Shown one piece after another: positions 13,751 to 25,766 of a stretch of DNA of 64,000 bases. The notes under the pieces were generated by a model. The model ran no database searches and had not been told where the DNA came from. It worked only from the letters and a program-made list of their open reading frames with translations. The position numbers and the translations under genes were made by a program. This DNA is from Euglena gracilis (taxonomy: Eukaryota): NCBI GenBank assembly GCA_039621445.1, contig CP154954.1:5743919-5807918 (forward strand), written 5' to 3'. Position 1 is the stretch's first letter; each line of letters opens with the position of its first letter.

Positions 13751-13873
13751 GTGCCGCCTGAGTGTGTGGCGTGAGCTCTTGGTACAACACAAAAGTTGAG
13801 AGACTCGTCGTTCACAGGACACATCACTGCGGCTTGGTCAAGCACAGGGTGGAGCAGCAGGCTGGAGAGCTGA

Positions 13874-14038
13874 TCAGTAGAGAACCACGTGGTGCGGAGA
13901 GTCGGTGGTCGGAACGGGGGTCGGGGCAGCATGCGGGTTGTACTCCTCGTACACCCCGTCAAACGGGACCTCCTGCCCATCCACATAGAACTCCTTCTCC
14001 TTCACATCGAGATCAAGCAGCTGGTACTTCTTCAGCTT
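13874..14038 (-). CDS. claudin/amastin-like tetraspan protein, exon 4 (cytoplasmic tail, stop)
   Basis: Reads KLKKYQLLDLDVKEKEFYVDG...HHVVLY* with GC3-rich codons. Joins exon 3 in frame across a stem-paired intron. Confidence 0.8.
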   Translation of the reverse strand, partial: KLKKYQLLDLDVKEKEFYVDGQEVPFDGVYEEYNPHAAPTPVPTTDSPHHVVLY

Positions 14039-14250
14039 GGCAACAGGGTGCTGGACAACTGGCAAATAATGAGCTCAATTAAAAAAATATATTTAAGCAA
14101 CCTTTTAAAAAAAAGTGGGAATATAAATTCTTGAATTCTTGATTTTTGAACTCTCAAAAAAAACACAACAGCAGAACAAAATGTTCTGAGATGCATGCCG
14201 AGCAAAAAAAAGGCCTGTGCAGCACCTTAATGCTGTCCAATTCCCTGATC
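14039..14250 (-). other. non-conventional intron 3 (212 bp)
   Basis: Starts GATCAGGGAATTGGACAGC and ends GTTGTCCAGCACCCTGTTGCC. CAG at +4..+6 pairs with CTG at -8..-6 and the stem extends further. No GT-AG. Confidence 0.8.
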
Positions 14251-14436
14251 CCTGATGCCCAAAAAGCCAGTCGCAGTGGCTCCAAGCGAAAGGGCAGAGG
14301 AGAAGACAAGCAGGATGAACCCATAAGAGTAGCCATGCGTTGGGAAAATACTATTGGCGTGGCAGGTCATTTCGGCATACGCGATGAAGACAGAATAGGA
14401 GCAGATGCAGGAGGCAGGTACCATGATGATGAACAC
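14251..14436 (-). CDS. claudin/amastin-like protein, exon 3 (TM3-TM4)
   Basis: Reads VFIIMVPASCICSYSVFIAY...HGYSYGFILLVFSSALSLGATATGFLGIR. The aromatic/Gly motif before TM4 is typical of the claudin fold. Confidence 0.82.
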
Positions 14437-14504
14437 CCGGCCAGGCCCTTTCTGAACAACAACCCCTTGACCATTGGGATGAACAAAATTCAGTCTTAAA
14501 TTAT

Positions 14505-14815
14505 TTTAATCAGAAATTTCAGTTTCGTTGGTCAAGAATTTGGGGAAATCTAGATGTTGCCAAAAATGGAACAAAACGTCATAAAAAGGTTGGTCAATTT
14601 CAAAGACATCGGAATAGCCAAAAAAGTGGTTTTTTGGCCCATTAACAGCCGCCTGAATGGAAATCAACTGACGTAAACGGATTCCGATGCCTTGGGAATC
14701 GACCAACCTTTCTTGTTTTCATTTTTAAGAACGCCGTTTTGTTCCATTTTGTGCCTTTTTGGCAATATCCAGATTTCCCCAATTCCTTGACCAATGAAGA
14801 TGAAATTCCTGAATT
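14505..14815. repeat. degenerate long inverted repeat (old MITE)
   Basis: ~14505-14580 is an imperfect reverse complement of ~14735-14815. Confidence 0.6.
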
Positions 14816-15040
14816 TAGACGATCGGGATTGTATCCATCTGTTTCAAAAATCGACCGACACCAACGGTTTCAGCAGGGGCTCCGGGTGCGAGCGAGCAAA
14901 GCAAGCCGCCCGGCGCCCTCTGCTGAAATCGAAGCCAATCAATTGATCAAACGACATAAATGGGCGCCGTCTTGGAAAGCGATCAACATAAACAATTTCA
15001 GCCTGAAATCCGTTGATGTCAGTGGAATTTCAAGACAGGC

Positions 15041-15340
15041 CAGGGGGTTTTTTTAAGACCGGGGGGTGGGGGGGGGGGGGGCCCCCCGCCACCCACCCAC
15101 CCCCCTGGGGGGGCCCCCCCCCGGGGGGGGGAGGGGGGTCCGGGGGACCCAAAAAAAAAATGGCCGAAAAATCGCGAAAAGTGCTAAAAATAGAATTTTT
15201 TCGGCGCCTGCGGCGCCGAAAAGTATATCCCACCCCCCTCCGGGGGGGGACCCCCCCCGGGGGGGGGGAGGGGGTCCGGCGGACCCACCCACCCTACCCC
15301 CCCCTCCCCCCCCGGGGGTCCAAACTTAAAAAAATCCCTG
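15041..15340. mobile_element. hAT-like MITE
   Basis: Ends CAGGGGGTTTTTTTAAG / CTTAAAAAAATCCCTG; 8-bp TSD AGACAGGC. Confidence 0.9.
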
Positions 15341-15752
15341 AGACAGGCGTCGGGCCATGGAAATAGGTTTTAACAGTTGCCAAAACACCCCCGATTGAAA
15401 GCTTCTCATCAGGCGCAGGCTGTTTTTTAGCAACCCCGGGGGGGGGAGGGGGGGGGTCGGAGTGCCTGCCCAGGCAGGCACTACCCCCCCGGGGGGGGGG
15501 TCGGATTTCGGCCTGTGCCCAGGCACATTCCTTTGAAAACAGGCTATTTTTGGCTCCCCGCGCCGGGGTTGTGCCTGCGCAGGCAGGCACCCCCCACCCC
15601 TGGGTGTGGTCGGCACCCGACTAAAATACAGCCTGATCAGGCGTCCAGCGATGACAACGGAATCTGGCCAAATTGTACAGAATGCTTATTCTGAAGTTCC
15701 AGAAAATGAAACGGACATCCTAACTTCGGCCTGTTAGCCAGTTGTGACATCT

Positions 15753-17833
15753 GGCTCCGTGCGGATTTCCGGTGGTCGCCGTCGTGGTGGTCGGGCCGAC
15801 CATGGTCGGCCCGACCTGTGGTGGTCGGGCCGACCACCATTTTCCCGCAATACCCCCCCCTTTTGAACTTTTAAGCCCCCCCCCCTGGTCGGTGGCTAGT
15901 CGGTGGGCATAAAAATGGTCTGTGGCCGGCCCAAATCACCCGGAAATGCACTTGTGGCCAGTTCCCCCCCCAGGACCCTGTCCTGGGGCGGTCCTGGGGG
16001 GGGGGGGTCCTTTGGAGGGTCCTGGGGGGGTGCTGGGGGGGGGGGGTCCTGGGTGGGTCCCACAACTTTTTGGCAGAAATTTTGCAGCACAAATTCAGGT
16101 TTCTTTGAAATGGGTACCGCCCCCCGGTGGGTCCTGGGGGGGTCCTGGGGGGGGGAACTGGCCATGACTCTTACGAGAGGCAGAAAACTCCCCCCTCCAC
16201 CCCCATCCGAAGTTTTTTTTCATGGGGGGGGGGGCTTAAAAGTCGGCGGTTGACTCACCAGCACATTAGAGTGGGTATTTCGCCGACTAGTCTGCCAACT
16301 GTCTCTCCCCCCCCGTTCGCCGACTCGCGGCGACTAGGCCGACGCCAAAATGGATCGGTCGCCGACAATTGGCCCCCCCCCCTTTTTTTTTTTTTCCTCC
16401 CGTCCCAATTTGCGTTGTCGGTCCGCCTACCCTTGTCTATTCAGCGGACTCGCCACCCCCCCCTCCAGCCTACCACCAAGTAGTTGAAGGGTCGATCGAC
16501 CAGTTGAGGGGGCGGTGACTGATGCGTGATAAATTGGTGCCTGCAGGGGACCAGCTACCCCAAAGAGGCGCCCAACTAGGGTTAATACACATTGGGGGAC
16601 CCTCGCTCGGCGCCTTCGGCGCCTCGCTCGGGTCCCCCAATGTTTTTAACCCTAGTTGGGCGCCTCTTTGGGTTCGCTGGGTCCCCTGCAGACACCAATT
16701 GAACGACGTTGAGGGGATGGGATGGGACAGTTAGGAATGGAAACTTGACCCTAACCCTACGCCTTTAAATAACATCATCAACTGATCAGGTTCTGAAACT
16801 GCAGCGGCCTTCGGCCGCTGCGCGGCCTTCGGCCTTCGGCCTTCGGCCGCTGCGCGGCCTTCGGCCTTCGGCCTTCGGCCGCTGCGCGGCCTTCGGCCTT
16901 CGGCCAGGCGGCCTTCGGGGCGCATGGCGGTAGACTGGGGGGGGGGGTAGTCGGCCGACTAATGGTCGGTAGCTAGTCGGCGAGACGGGGTGGGGGGGGG
17001 TGGTATTGGGTAGTCGGCCGACTACCCACTCTAATGTACTAACGGGTCACTACCGCCGACATTTAAATCTATGAAGAAAATCCTTAAGAAATTCCCTGAT
17101 GCAGAATGCTTGCATTTCTAAAGGATTTTCAAGTAATCCCCGTTTCATCATTGGTTTTTTACCCCTCATCAAGGGCCCACCGACCCCCACCGACCAAAGA
17201 TTTCCATCTGGGGGTGTTTATGTTGGTGTAAGACATTTATTTGGACCCATCCGGACCATTTCCGGGTGATTTGGGCCCGCCACAGACCATTTTTATGACC
17301 ACCGACTAGCCACCGCCTCGTTTGCGGGGGGGGGGGGGGTCAGCCTCCGGCTGGCAAAAAGGCTGCTGGCTGGATTTGAGCTGCTGGCTGGACCCCCCCC
17401 CCCCGGGGGGGAGGAGGGGGGAGGGGGGAGGGGAGGGGTCCGGGGCTGGAGGGGGCTGGGCTGGGCTGAGTCCGCCCCCCCCCCCCGCACCCCCCCCTCA
17501 GATAACAAAATCCCCTAATGTTGGCAACATACTTGGAGGGATAAATCCTTTTTGTGCAGAATTTTGCAATTATATTGAAAATCCGATGGGGAGAAGTGTT
17601 CTTTTGCCAAAAGTGGCCCAAAATGGGCATTTTCCCCCCAAGTTTTTGCATATTCATCCCCGATTGGGGGGTTCTGGAGCCATTTAAGTGGGTTTTGACT
17701 GGTGTTGGGGTGATTTGGACAAAAGTTTTTCAGAGGGGGGGGCTTAAATCTCCAGAAAGGGGGGGGGGTAGTGCAAAAAAATGGTGGTCGGGCCGACCAC
17801 CACAAGGACGACCACCGGAAATCCGCTTGGGGC
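15753..17833 (+). mobile_element. ~2.1-kb non-autonomous composite TIR element (inverted sister copy at 19750-22055)
   Basis: TIRs GGC.CCG.GCGGATTTCCGG, GGTCGGCCCGACC subrepeats, an internal long palindrome and CTTCGG hairpin repeats. Confidence 0.7.
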
Positions 17834-18342
17834 CATCTGACTGCAAGATTTAGCCATTGTCTGGTCCAAAACGCTTCCATAACCCCGCACAACCAAAAAA
17901 ATGTCGAAAAAAGGTGGAAATCCAAAATTTCACTAAAATTCCGAATCTTACCAACAACAGATTTCAGTGTCTTGGAAATCGACTGACCCTGAATGGAAAT
18001 CCACTGACCTAAACGGGTGAATTTCCCCAATTTGACCAAAAAAGCATTTTTTGTCAATTTCCAAAAAAAAACACATTTTTGAGGGTTTTTTTTAGAATTG
18101 GCGTTCTTCAACGAAAAAAAACAAACAATTTTTGCATTTTCAAATGCATTCAAATGCAAATTTTTCATTTTTGCATTTTGCTTTTTGGTGTGTTTTCTTT
18201 TGGGAAAAAAACTTTTTTTTGCTTTCTTTTTAAAAAAAAATGTCAACCTTGCGCCCCACCCAGTGAGGATCCGTGGAAATCCGCACAGAGAAAGTGCTGC
18301 CAATGGCGGGTGGGACATCCTGACTTCAGAAAATGCCTGGAC

Positions 18343-18414
18343 CTGGCAAATGATGGCCAGGATCAAAGGGCGTGACCACAGTCTGAGGATCACAAACACA
18401 AGTGGAATCAAGAC
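18343..18414 (-). CDS. claudin/amastin-like protein, exon 2
   Basis: Reads VLIPLVFVILRLWSRPLILAIICQ. Both flanks base-pair with the partner intron ends. The 5' boundary is uncertain by a few nt. Confidence 0.75.
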
Positions 18415-19092
18415 CAGTGGAAGAATTTCGGCCCGTTTTCAATGCCAGGTAAGAAGACAAGGAAATGGAGGACAGGCTGGGGTGTCTCAGAGCACCCTGG
18501 GTGGATTTTTGGCCGTGGCGGTTTTGGTGGTTGGGCTGACCTCTCGTGGTCAATGAGGATGCCCTGCATCAACCCCCCCCCGCGTTGCTTTGCGACTCCC
18601 CAAGGGGGTCCAGCTCAGAGGCTGGAAAATATTCTCGTCGATGGGGTGGGGGATGGGGGTCCAGGGATGGAAAAAGACTGGCCGGGCGGAACCCCCTGGG
18701 GCATGGGGTCCCCTTCGGCTTTAGCGACGCCCTGGCCTGGTCTGCCCGCCAGCCAACCTGAGGTCGGACCGACCTGTTGGAACTTTGGAACAACAGGTCC
18801 AGCGGCCCTCGCCCACCCACCCTCAAAAACCAACGTATCACCAGAAAGATACCGAAAATCGAGAAAAATCCCATTTCGCACATACAGAAATAATTACTTA
18901 AATTACTAAAAATTTCCACTTTTTTGACCCGGTTTTGACCCAAAGTCAATGGGTCGGCAGCCCAAAACGGGGCGCTGGTGGGTCGAAAAACGCTCGTTTT
19001 CGGCTCAAAAACAGTTTTTTCTGGGTCCGGGAGGCCAAAAAACATCGTTTCGGGCAAAAAAATATTTTTCGATTTTTTTTCGACTTTTTTGG

Positions 19093-19530
19093 CCGAAAAC
19101 GGCTAAGTCGAACAGCGGGAAAAGTGTACAAAATGGCCTAAAATGGCCTAAATTGGCCAAAAAAACGCCCGTATCTCGGGCTGGGCGGGCAGTTGCGGGG
19201 AAACCAAAATCCCAGTAGATAGAGCGTTCCAAGGGCTTCAATTTAGGTCTCCGGACATTTCCTTTGATTTTGCATCATTTTCGAGAAATGTTGAAAACAT
19301 CGATTTTTTGACCCCCCACCCCCCGAAAACGGCTAAGTCGAACAGTGGGAAAAGTGTACAAAACGGCCATCTGCGCCGAAAACGGCCGTATCTCGGGCTA
19401 GGCGGGGAGTTGCGGGGAAATCAAAATACCAGTAGATGGGGCGTTCCAAGGGCTTCAAATTAGGTCTCCGGACATTTCCTTTGATTTTGCTTCATTTTGG
19501 AGATATTTTGAAAATTGACATTTTTTTTTG
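19093..19530. repeat. tandem duplication of a ~230-bp unit
   Basis: CCGAAAACGGCTAAGTCGAACAG...TTAGGTCTCCGGACATTTCCTTTGATTTTGC occurs twice. Confidence 0.8.
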
Positions 19531-19749
19531 GCCGAAATGGCAGAGTCCAAAGGGGGGGGCTTAAAAAGGGGGGCGGGCCGATCCTACCCAGTTTGGACCC
19601 CTTCGCGCGTGAATAACTCGGGCCTGGCGGGGAGTTGGGGGTCAAACCCAGGTGATTCGGAAACTAGAAATCCAGTCGCTCGCGACTGAAAAAAAAATTT
19701 CGGGAACGGGGTCGGGATCATGGTGATAATCCGCCGGATCCCGAGGTGG

Positions 19750-22055
19750 GGCCCCGAGCGGATTTCCGGAGGTGGTCGCTGTGGAGGTCGGGCCGACCTG
19801 GTCGGCCCGACCATGGTCGGCCCGACCAATGGTCGGCCCGACCTTATCGACCTGTGGAGGTCGGGCCGACCTGGTCGGCCCGACCTCCATTTTTTTGCAC
19901 TACCCCCCCCCCCTTTCTGGAAATTTAAGCTCCCCCCTGAAATTTTTTATTGTCCAAATCACCCCAAAACCAGTCAAAACCCACTTAAATGGCTCCAGAA
20001 CCCCCCAATCGGGGGTGAATATGCAAAAACGTGGGGGGGAATTGCCCATTTTGGGCCACTTTTGGCAAAAGAACACCTCTCCCCATCTGATTTTCAATAT
20101 AATTGCAAAATTTTGTACAAAAAGGATTTAGCCCTTCAAGTACGTTGCCAACATAGAGGGGATTTTGTTATTTGAGGGGGGGGGTGCGGGGGGGGGCAGA
20201 GCCCCCCCCGCCTATGAAAAAAGTGAGCCACAAAAACAACTTATCCCCCGAGTATGTTGCCAACTCAGAAGGGATTTTGTTATTTGATGTTCGGATGGGG
20301 GTGGAGGGAGGAGTTTCCTGCCTCTCGTGATGCAGAATGCTTGCATTTCTAAAGGATTTTCATGTAATCCCTGTTTCATCATTGTTTTTTTACCCCTCCG
20401 GGCCCCCATCAAGGGTCCACCGACCCCCCACCGTCCAAAGATTTCCATCTGGGGGTGTTTATGTTGGTGTAAGACACTTATTTGGACCCATCCGGACCAT
20501 TTCCGGGTGATTTGGGCCCGCCACAGACGATGTTTATGACCACCGACCAGCCACCGACCTGTTTGCATGGGATTTTCTTCAGGGGGACTTAAATGTCGGC
20601 GGTACTGACCCGTTAGTACATTAGAGTGGGTAGTCAGACTACCAAATACCCTACCTACCCCGTCTCGCCAACTAGCTACCGACCATTAGTCGGCCGACTC
20701 CCCCCCCCACCCCCCAGTCTACTGCCATGCGCCACGAAGGCCTCCTGGTCGAAGGCCGCGCAGCGGCCAAGGGCCACCGCAACAGCCGTAGGCTGCTGCA
20801 ATTCTGACCAACCAGTCGGCCAACTACCCAACCCCCCCCCCCCCCACCCCTCTCCCACCCCCCCACCCCTCTCGCCAACTAGCTACCGACCATTAGTCGC
20901 CCGACTCCCCCCCCCCAGTCTACCGCCATCCGCCCCGAAGGCCGCCTGGCCGAAGGCCGAAGGCCGCGCAGCGGCCGAAGGCCGCTGCAATTCAGAACTT
21001 GAAAAGTTGATGACGTTATTTAAAGGAGTAGGGTTAGGGTCAAGTTTCCATCCCTAACTGTCCCACCCCGTCCCCTCAACGTCGTTAAATTGGTGTCTGC
21101 AGGGGACCCAGCGAACCCAAAGAGGCGCCCAACTAGGGTTAAAAACATTGGGGGACCCGAGCGAGGCGCCGAAGGCGCCGAGCGAGGGTCCCCCAATGTG
21201 TATTAACCCTAGTTGGGCGCCTCTTTGGGGTAGCTGGTCCCCTGCAGGCACCACTTTTTCACGCATCAGTCACCGACCCTTCAGGGGGTCGATTGACCCT
21301 TCAACTATTTGGTGGCAGGCTGGAAGGGGGGGCTGGCTAGTCGGCCGACTAGTCGGCTGACTGGCCAATTGGTTGGCCGACCGACGACGCCAATTGGTCG
21401 GTTGGCCTAGTCGGCAGCTAGTCGGTGAGGCACGGGGGGGGGGGAGCCAGTTGGCCGACTAGTCGGCGAACTACCGCGAACTACCCACTCTGTGCTTCTG
21501 AGTCAACTGCCGACTTTTAAACCCCCCCCTGAAAGAAAACTTCGGATGGGGTGGAGGGGGGAGTTTTCTGCCTCTCGTGAGAGTCATGGCCAGTTTCCCC
21601 CCTAGGACCCCCCCAGGACCCACCGGGGGGCGGTACCCACTTTAGAATAACCTGAACTTGTGCTGCAAAATTTCTGCCAAAAAATGCGGGACCCACCAAG
21701 GACCCCCCACAGCACCCCCCCAGGACCCCCCAGCACCCTCAGAAGGACCCCCCCCAGGACCGCCCCCAGGACCCCCCCAGGACATGGTCCTGGGGGGGGA
21801 GAACTGGCCATAAGTGCATTTCCGGGTGATTTGGGGCCGCCACAGACCATTTTTATGCCCACCGACCACCCACCGACCAGGGGGGGGGGGGGGGCTTAAA
21901 AATGCAAAAAAGGGGGGGGTAGTGCAAAAAAATGGTGGTCGGCCCGACCTCCACAGGTCGGTCGACCACCTCCACAGGTCGGGCCGACCATGGTCGGCCC
22001 GACCATGGTCGGGCCGACCTCCACAGCGACCACCTCCGGAAATCCGCACAGAGCC
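19750..22055 (-). mobile_element. ~2.3-kb non-autonomous composite TIR element, possibly Mutator-like
   Basis: Reverse-complement sister of 15753-17833. Flanked by the 9-bp direct repeat CCGAGGTGG; the sister copy shows only a 4-bp ATCT repeat. Confidence 0.7.
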
Positions 22056-22171
22056 CCGAGGTGGCCCCGAGGGGGGGGGAGGGGGGGGGGTTCGGGGGGG
22101 TTTTCCCCCAGGGGTGAGCTTCGCTCTTACCCATAAAGGGATAAGAGCTCAGCGACCCCCCCCCTACCACC

Positions 22172-22471
22172 CAGGGGTTTTTTTTAAGACCAGGGGGGGG
22201 GGAGGGGGGGTCCCCCCCCACCCACCCGCCCACCCCCCTGGGGGCCCCCCCCCCGGGGGGGGGGGGAGGGGGTCCCGGGGGACCCACAAAAAATGGCTGA
22301 AAAATCGCGAAAAGTGCTAAAAATAGATTTTTTTCGGCGCCTGCGGCGCCGAAAAGTATATCCCACCCCCCTCCGAGGGGGATCCCCCCCCCCGAGAGGG
22401 GGGGGAGGGGGTCCGGCGGACCCACCCACCCTACCCCCCCCCCGGGTGTCCAAACTTAAAAAAAATCCCTG
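22172..22471. mobile_element. hAT-like MITE, same family as 15041-15340
   Basis: CAGGGG...CCCTG ends; 8-bp TSD CTACCACC. Confidence 0.9.
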
Positions 22472-22739
22472 CTACCACCTACCTCAATACCGAAGGGCTG
22501 CCCATCCAACCCTGGGGGTAGGGTTTGCACATGGCCCTGCTGTACCTTGGCACACAGAAGGAAACCCAAAGGCGGCAGATGAACAGGGGTGAAGAAAAAT
22601 AAAGCCCACCGACCCTTCGGCCCAAAAGGGGATTTGCTATCCTGAACATTGAGAAACAGGGCAATTTGTCAAAAATTGGCCCAATTCAAAAAAAGACTAC
22701 CCCCCCCCTAGTCATATGACCAGGTTCCTGCAACCTGTG

Positions 22740-23394
22740 CAGGGTTGACGTTTTTTTTATATAAAAAAAATGTTTTTTTTTAAAAAAAACGCAAAAAAAC
22801 ATGTTTTTTTTTGAAAAAGCAAAAATTGACCTTTTTCCTTGCAAAATGACCATTTTTTTGAAGAAAATTTTTCGCGGGTGGTTCGGGTCACGAGGGGGTC
22901 ACAGGGGGGGGGGTCACGAGGGGGGTGTCACATTTTCGGTGGCCAGATTAGAAATCACCGAAAACGAATTTTTGGGAAAAAATCCTTTTTAGGCTCCAAA
23001 ATAGGAATCCCCCAAACGAAAATTAGGAAATCTACCGGAATATTTTGTCAAATTAGGCATCACCGGCCAAGTTTTTCAGAAAAAATGGCCGAAACGGGTC
23101 TTAGGTCGGGTTGGGGGAGGGGGGTCATGGGGGGAACACCCCTTGTGAAGTTTTTTTTTTCAAATGTGTGAAAGTATTTCCAAATCTGTGTTTTCTGGTG
23201 CGAAAAATCATGCTTTCAACCCAAAAAAATGAATGTTGTTGAGATAAAAAATGCACTTTTCCCAAAAAAAAACAATGCAAAAAATTTTCCCCCAAACCCT
23301 CCTCCATGACGTTTTTTTGTTTTTTAAAAAAAACATATTTTTTTTTAAAAAAAACATGTTTTTTTGTTTCAAAAAAAACAAGCCGTCAACCTTG
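22740..23394. mobile_element. hAT-like MITE nested in a TA-family MITE
   Basis: TIRs CAGGGTTGACG/CGTCAACCTTG; 8-bp TSD AACCTGTG. The body is related, in reverse, to 1-465. Confidence 0.88.
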
Positions 23395-25434
23395 AACCTG
23401 TGACCGGGGGGGGTCATAACACAGTCCTAGGCGGTAGACTGGGGGGGGGGGGTCCTGGGTGGTCGGCCGACCACCCAACTGGTCGGCCGACTAGCTGCCG
23501 ACCAGTCGCCGACTAGCTGCCGGCAGCTAGTCGGCGAGAAAGTGGGGGGGGGGGGGTTCCTGGGTGGTCGGCTGACTAGTCGGCCGACCACCCACTCTAA
23601 TGCAGTTACGGGCCAGTCTCGCCAACTTTTTAGAAGAAAATTGTATGCAAACTAGTCGGTGGCTAGTCGGTGGTCATAAAAATGGTCTGTGGCGGGTCCA
23701 AACCACCCCGAAATGGTCCGGATGGGTCCAAATAAGTGCCTTACACCAACAGGAACATGTGTTGGCATCATACTCGGGGGCTAAATCATTTTGTGGCTCA
23801 CTTTGCCATGGGCGGGGGGGGGGCTCCGCCCCCCCCCGCACCCCCCCCTCAAATAACAAAATCCCTTCTACGTTGGCAACATACTCCGGGGGTAAGTCGT
23901 TTTTGTGGCTCACTTTGGCATAGGCGGGGGGGGCTCCGCCCCTCCCCCCCCCCCCACCCCCCCCCCAAAAAACAAAAACCCCTCTCCGTGGGCAACATAC
24001 AACGGGGAAAGGTGTTCTTTTGCCAAGAGTGGCCCAAAATGGACATTTTGCACCCAGTTTTTTGCATATTCACCCCCGATTGGGGGGTTCTGGAGCCAAT
24101 TGGGTGGGTTTTGACTGGTGTTGAGGTGATTTGGACAAAAAATTTTTCACAGGGGGGGGCTTAGGCTCCGAGCGGAAAATTGGCCATGGAACTTTTGGTG
24201 GTCGCTAGCGACCGGTCGCTAGGGTCGCTAGCGACCATTGGTGGTCGGAGCGACCGGTCGCTCCGACCACCAATTTTAAGTCCACCCCTTAGTCGGCCTA
24301 CGGCCTCCTCCGGGGGGGGGGGGGCTGCCCCCCCCCCCCCCCCGGACCCCCCCCCCCCCCCCCCCCCCCCCCGCCCAAAATAACAAAATCCCCTTGTGTG
24401 TGCAAGGCAAGGATGGCCGAGTCGCTCCGTAATGAATGTAGTCTTATGTGTGCAAGGTAAGGATAAAGTCACACTATGGCTATGGTTTCACAGAACAGGT
24501 GCAAAGAGAAGATATTACTCAATTTTTTTTGCAAATTGACCCCCGAATGGAGGGTTTGGAAGGCATTTGGGTGGGTTTTGAGTCATTTTCCTCCAAATTT
24601 GAAAAAAAAAATTTCGAGGGGGGGGGTAAAAACTTTCGAAGGGGACAGGTTGCAGGTCATGGGGGTGTTATGACCACCCCCCGGTCACAGGTTGCAGGTT
24701 GCGAAAAACTTAACCCCACCTCACCTATGACCGCCACCTCATTTACGACCACCCCCCGGTCACAGGTTGCAGGTTATGGGGGTGTTATGACAGTGCCAAA
24801 CGGTAGACTGGGGGGGGGGTTCTGGGTGGTCGGCCGACTAGTCGGCCGACCACCCACTCTAATGTAGTTACGGGTCAGTCTCGCCGACTTTTAAGCCCCC
24901 GGCTCATTGCGGATTATTGGCCATGGAACTTTTGGTGGTCGCTAGCGACCGGTCGCTAGCGACCAAGTCTACTGACCATTGGTGGTCGGGCCGACCACCA
25001 ATTTTAAGTCCACCCCCCCCTCTAAATATTTTTTAAGCCCCCCCCCTCCAAAATTTTTTCCAACTATTTTCCAAAATTTCCATTCGGGGTTCAATTTTTG
25101 TGGTTAATTTGCAATATACGCGAACTTAGTCGGCCTACGGCTTCCTACGGGGGGGGGGCTGCCGCCCCCCCCGGACCCCCCCAAAATAACAAAATCCCCT
25201 TGTGTGTGCAAGGCAATGATGGCCGAGTCGCGCTCCGTAATGAATGTAGTCTTATGTGTGCAAGGTAAGGATGGCCGAGTCGCGCTCCCTAATGCACCCC
25301 GATACGCGGACCGGGGGGGGGGTCGTAAATGAGGGGTGGTCGTACAACTAGGGGGGGGGGTAAAACCCCAACCGCACCTCTCACCGTGACCCTCTGGCAG
25401 GGCAGAACAGGAGGGCCTGGTGGGGGGGGTCGAC

Positions 25435-25766
25435 CAGGGTTCGATATAAGGACAGGTGGGGGGGGTGGTCCGGACCCCCCCCACCTAAACGTGGTCCGGG
25501 TGACCGATTTTCGGCCCGGTGCGAAGCGCCGGGCCAAAAATTTGACATCCAGCGAAATCAAAGAGCAAGCAGCACATTGTGTTTTTTCATCAGGTCAATG
25601 GCAGAAAATTACCAAAAACTCTGGCGCGAAGCGCCGGAGGAAGAAATTGACCTTTTGGGGGGGGGTCCCAGGTCGGTCTGGACCCCCCTGCGGGCCAGTA
25701 GGGGGGGGGGGGTGGGGGGACACCCCGCCACCTAAACCATGTACGCCCTCCTTATGTCGAACCCTG
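25435..25766. mobile_element. hAT-like MITE
   Basis: TIRs CAGGGTTCGATATAAGG/CCTTATGTCGAACCCTG; TSD GGGTCGAC/GGGTCAAC (7/8). A related end lies at ~12036. Confidence 0.75.

Larger units (their letters stand above)
14437..18342 (-). other. non-conventional (GT...GG) intron 2 (3.9 kb)
   Basis: The 5' end GTCCAGGCATTTTCTGAA pairs with the 3' end TTCAGAAAGGGCCTGGCCGG; CAG at +4, CTG at -8. In-frame join CAG|GTG. Confidence 0.8.

Noticed and set aside
14058-14075. canonical AG acceptor (TTTGCCAG) for the last exon
   Set aside because: No matching GT donor at the end of exon 3; the stem-paired junction at 14038 gives an in-frame join.
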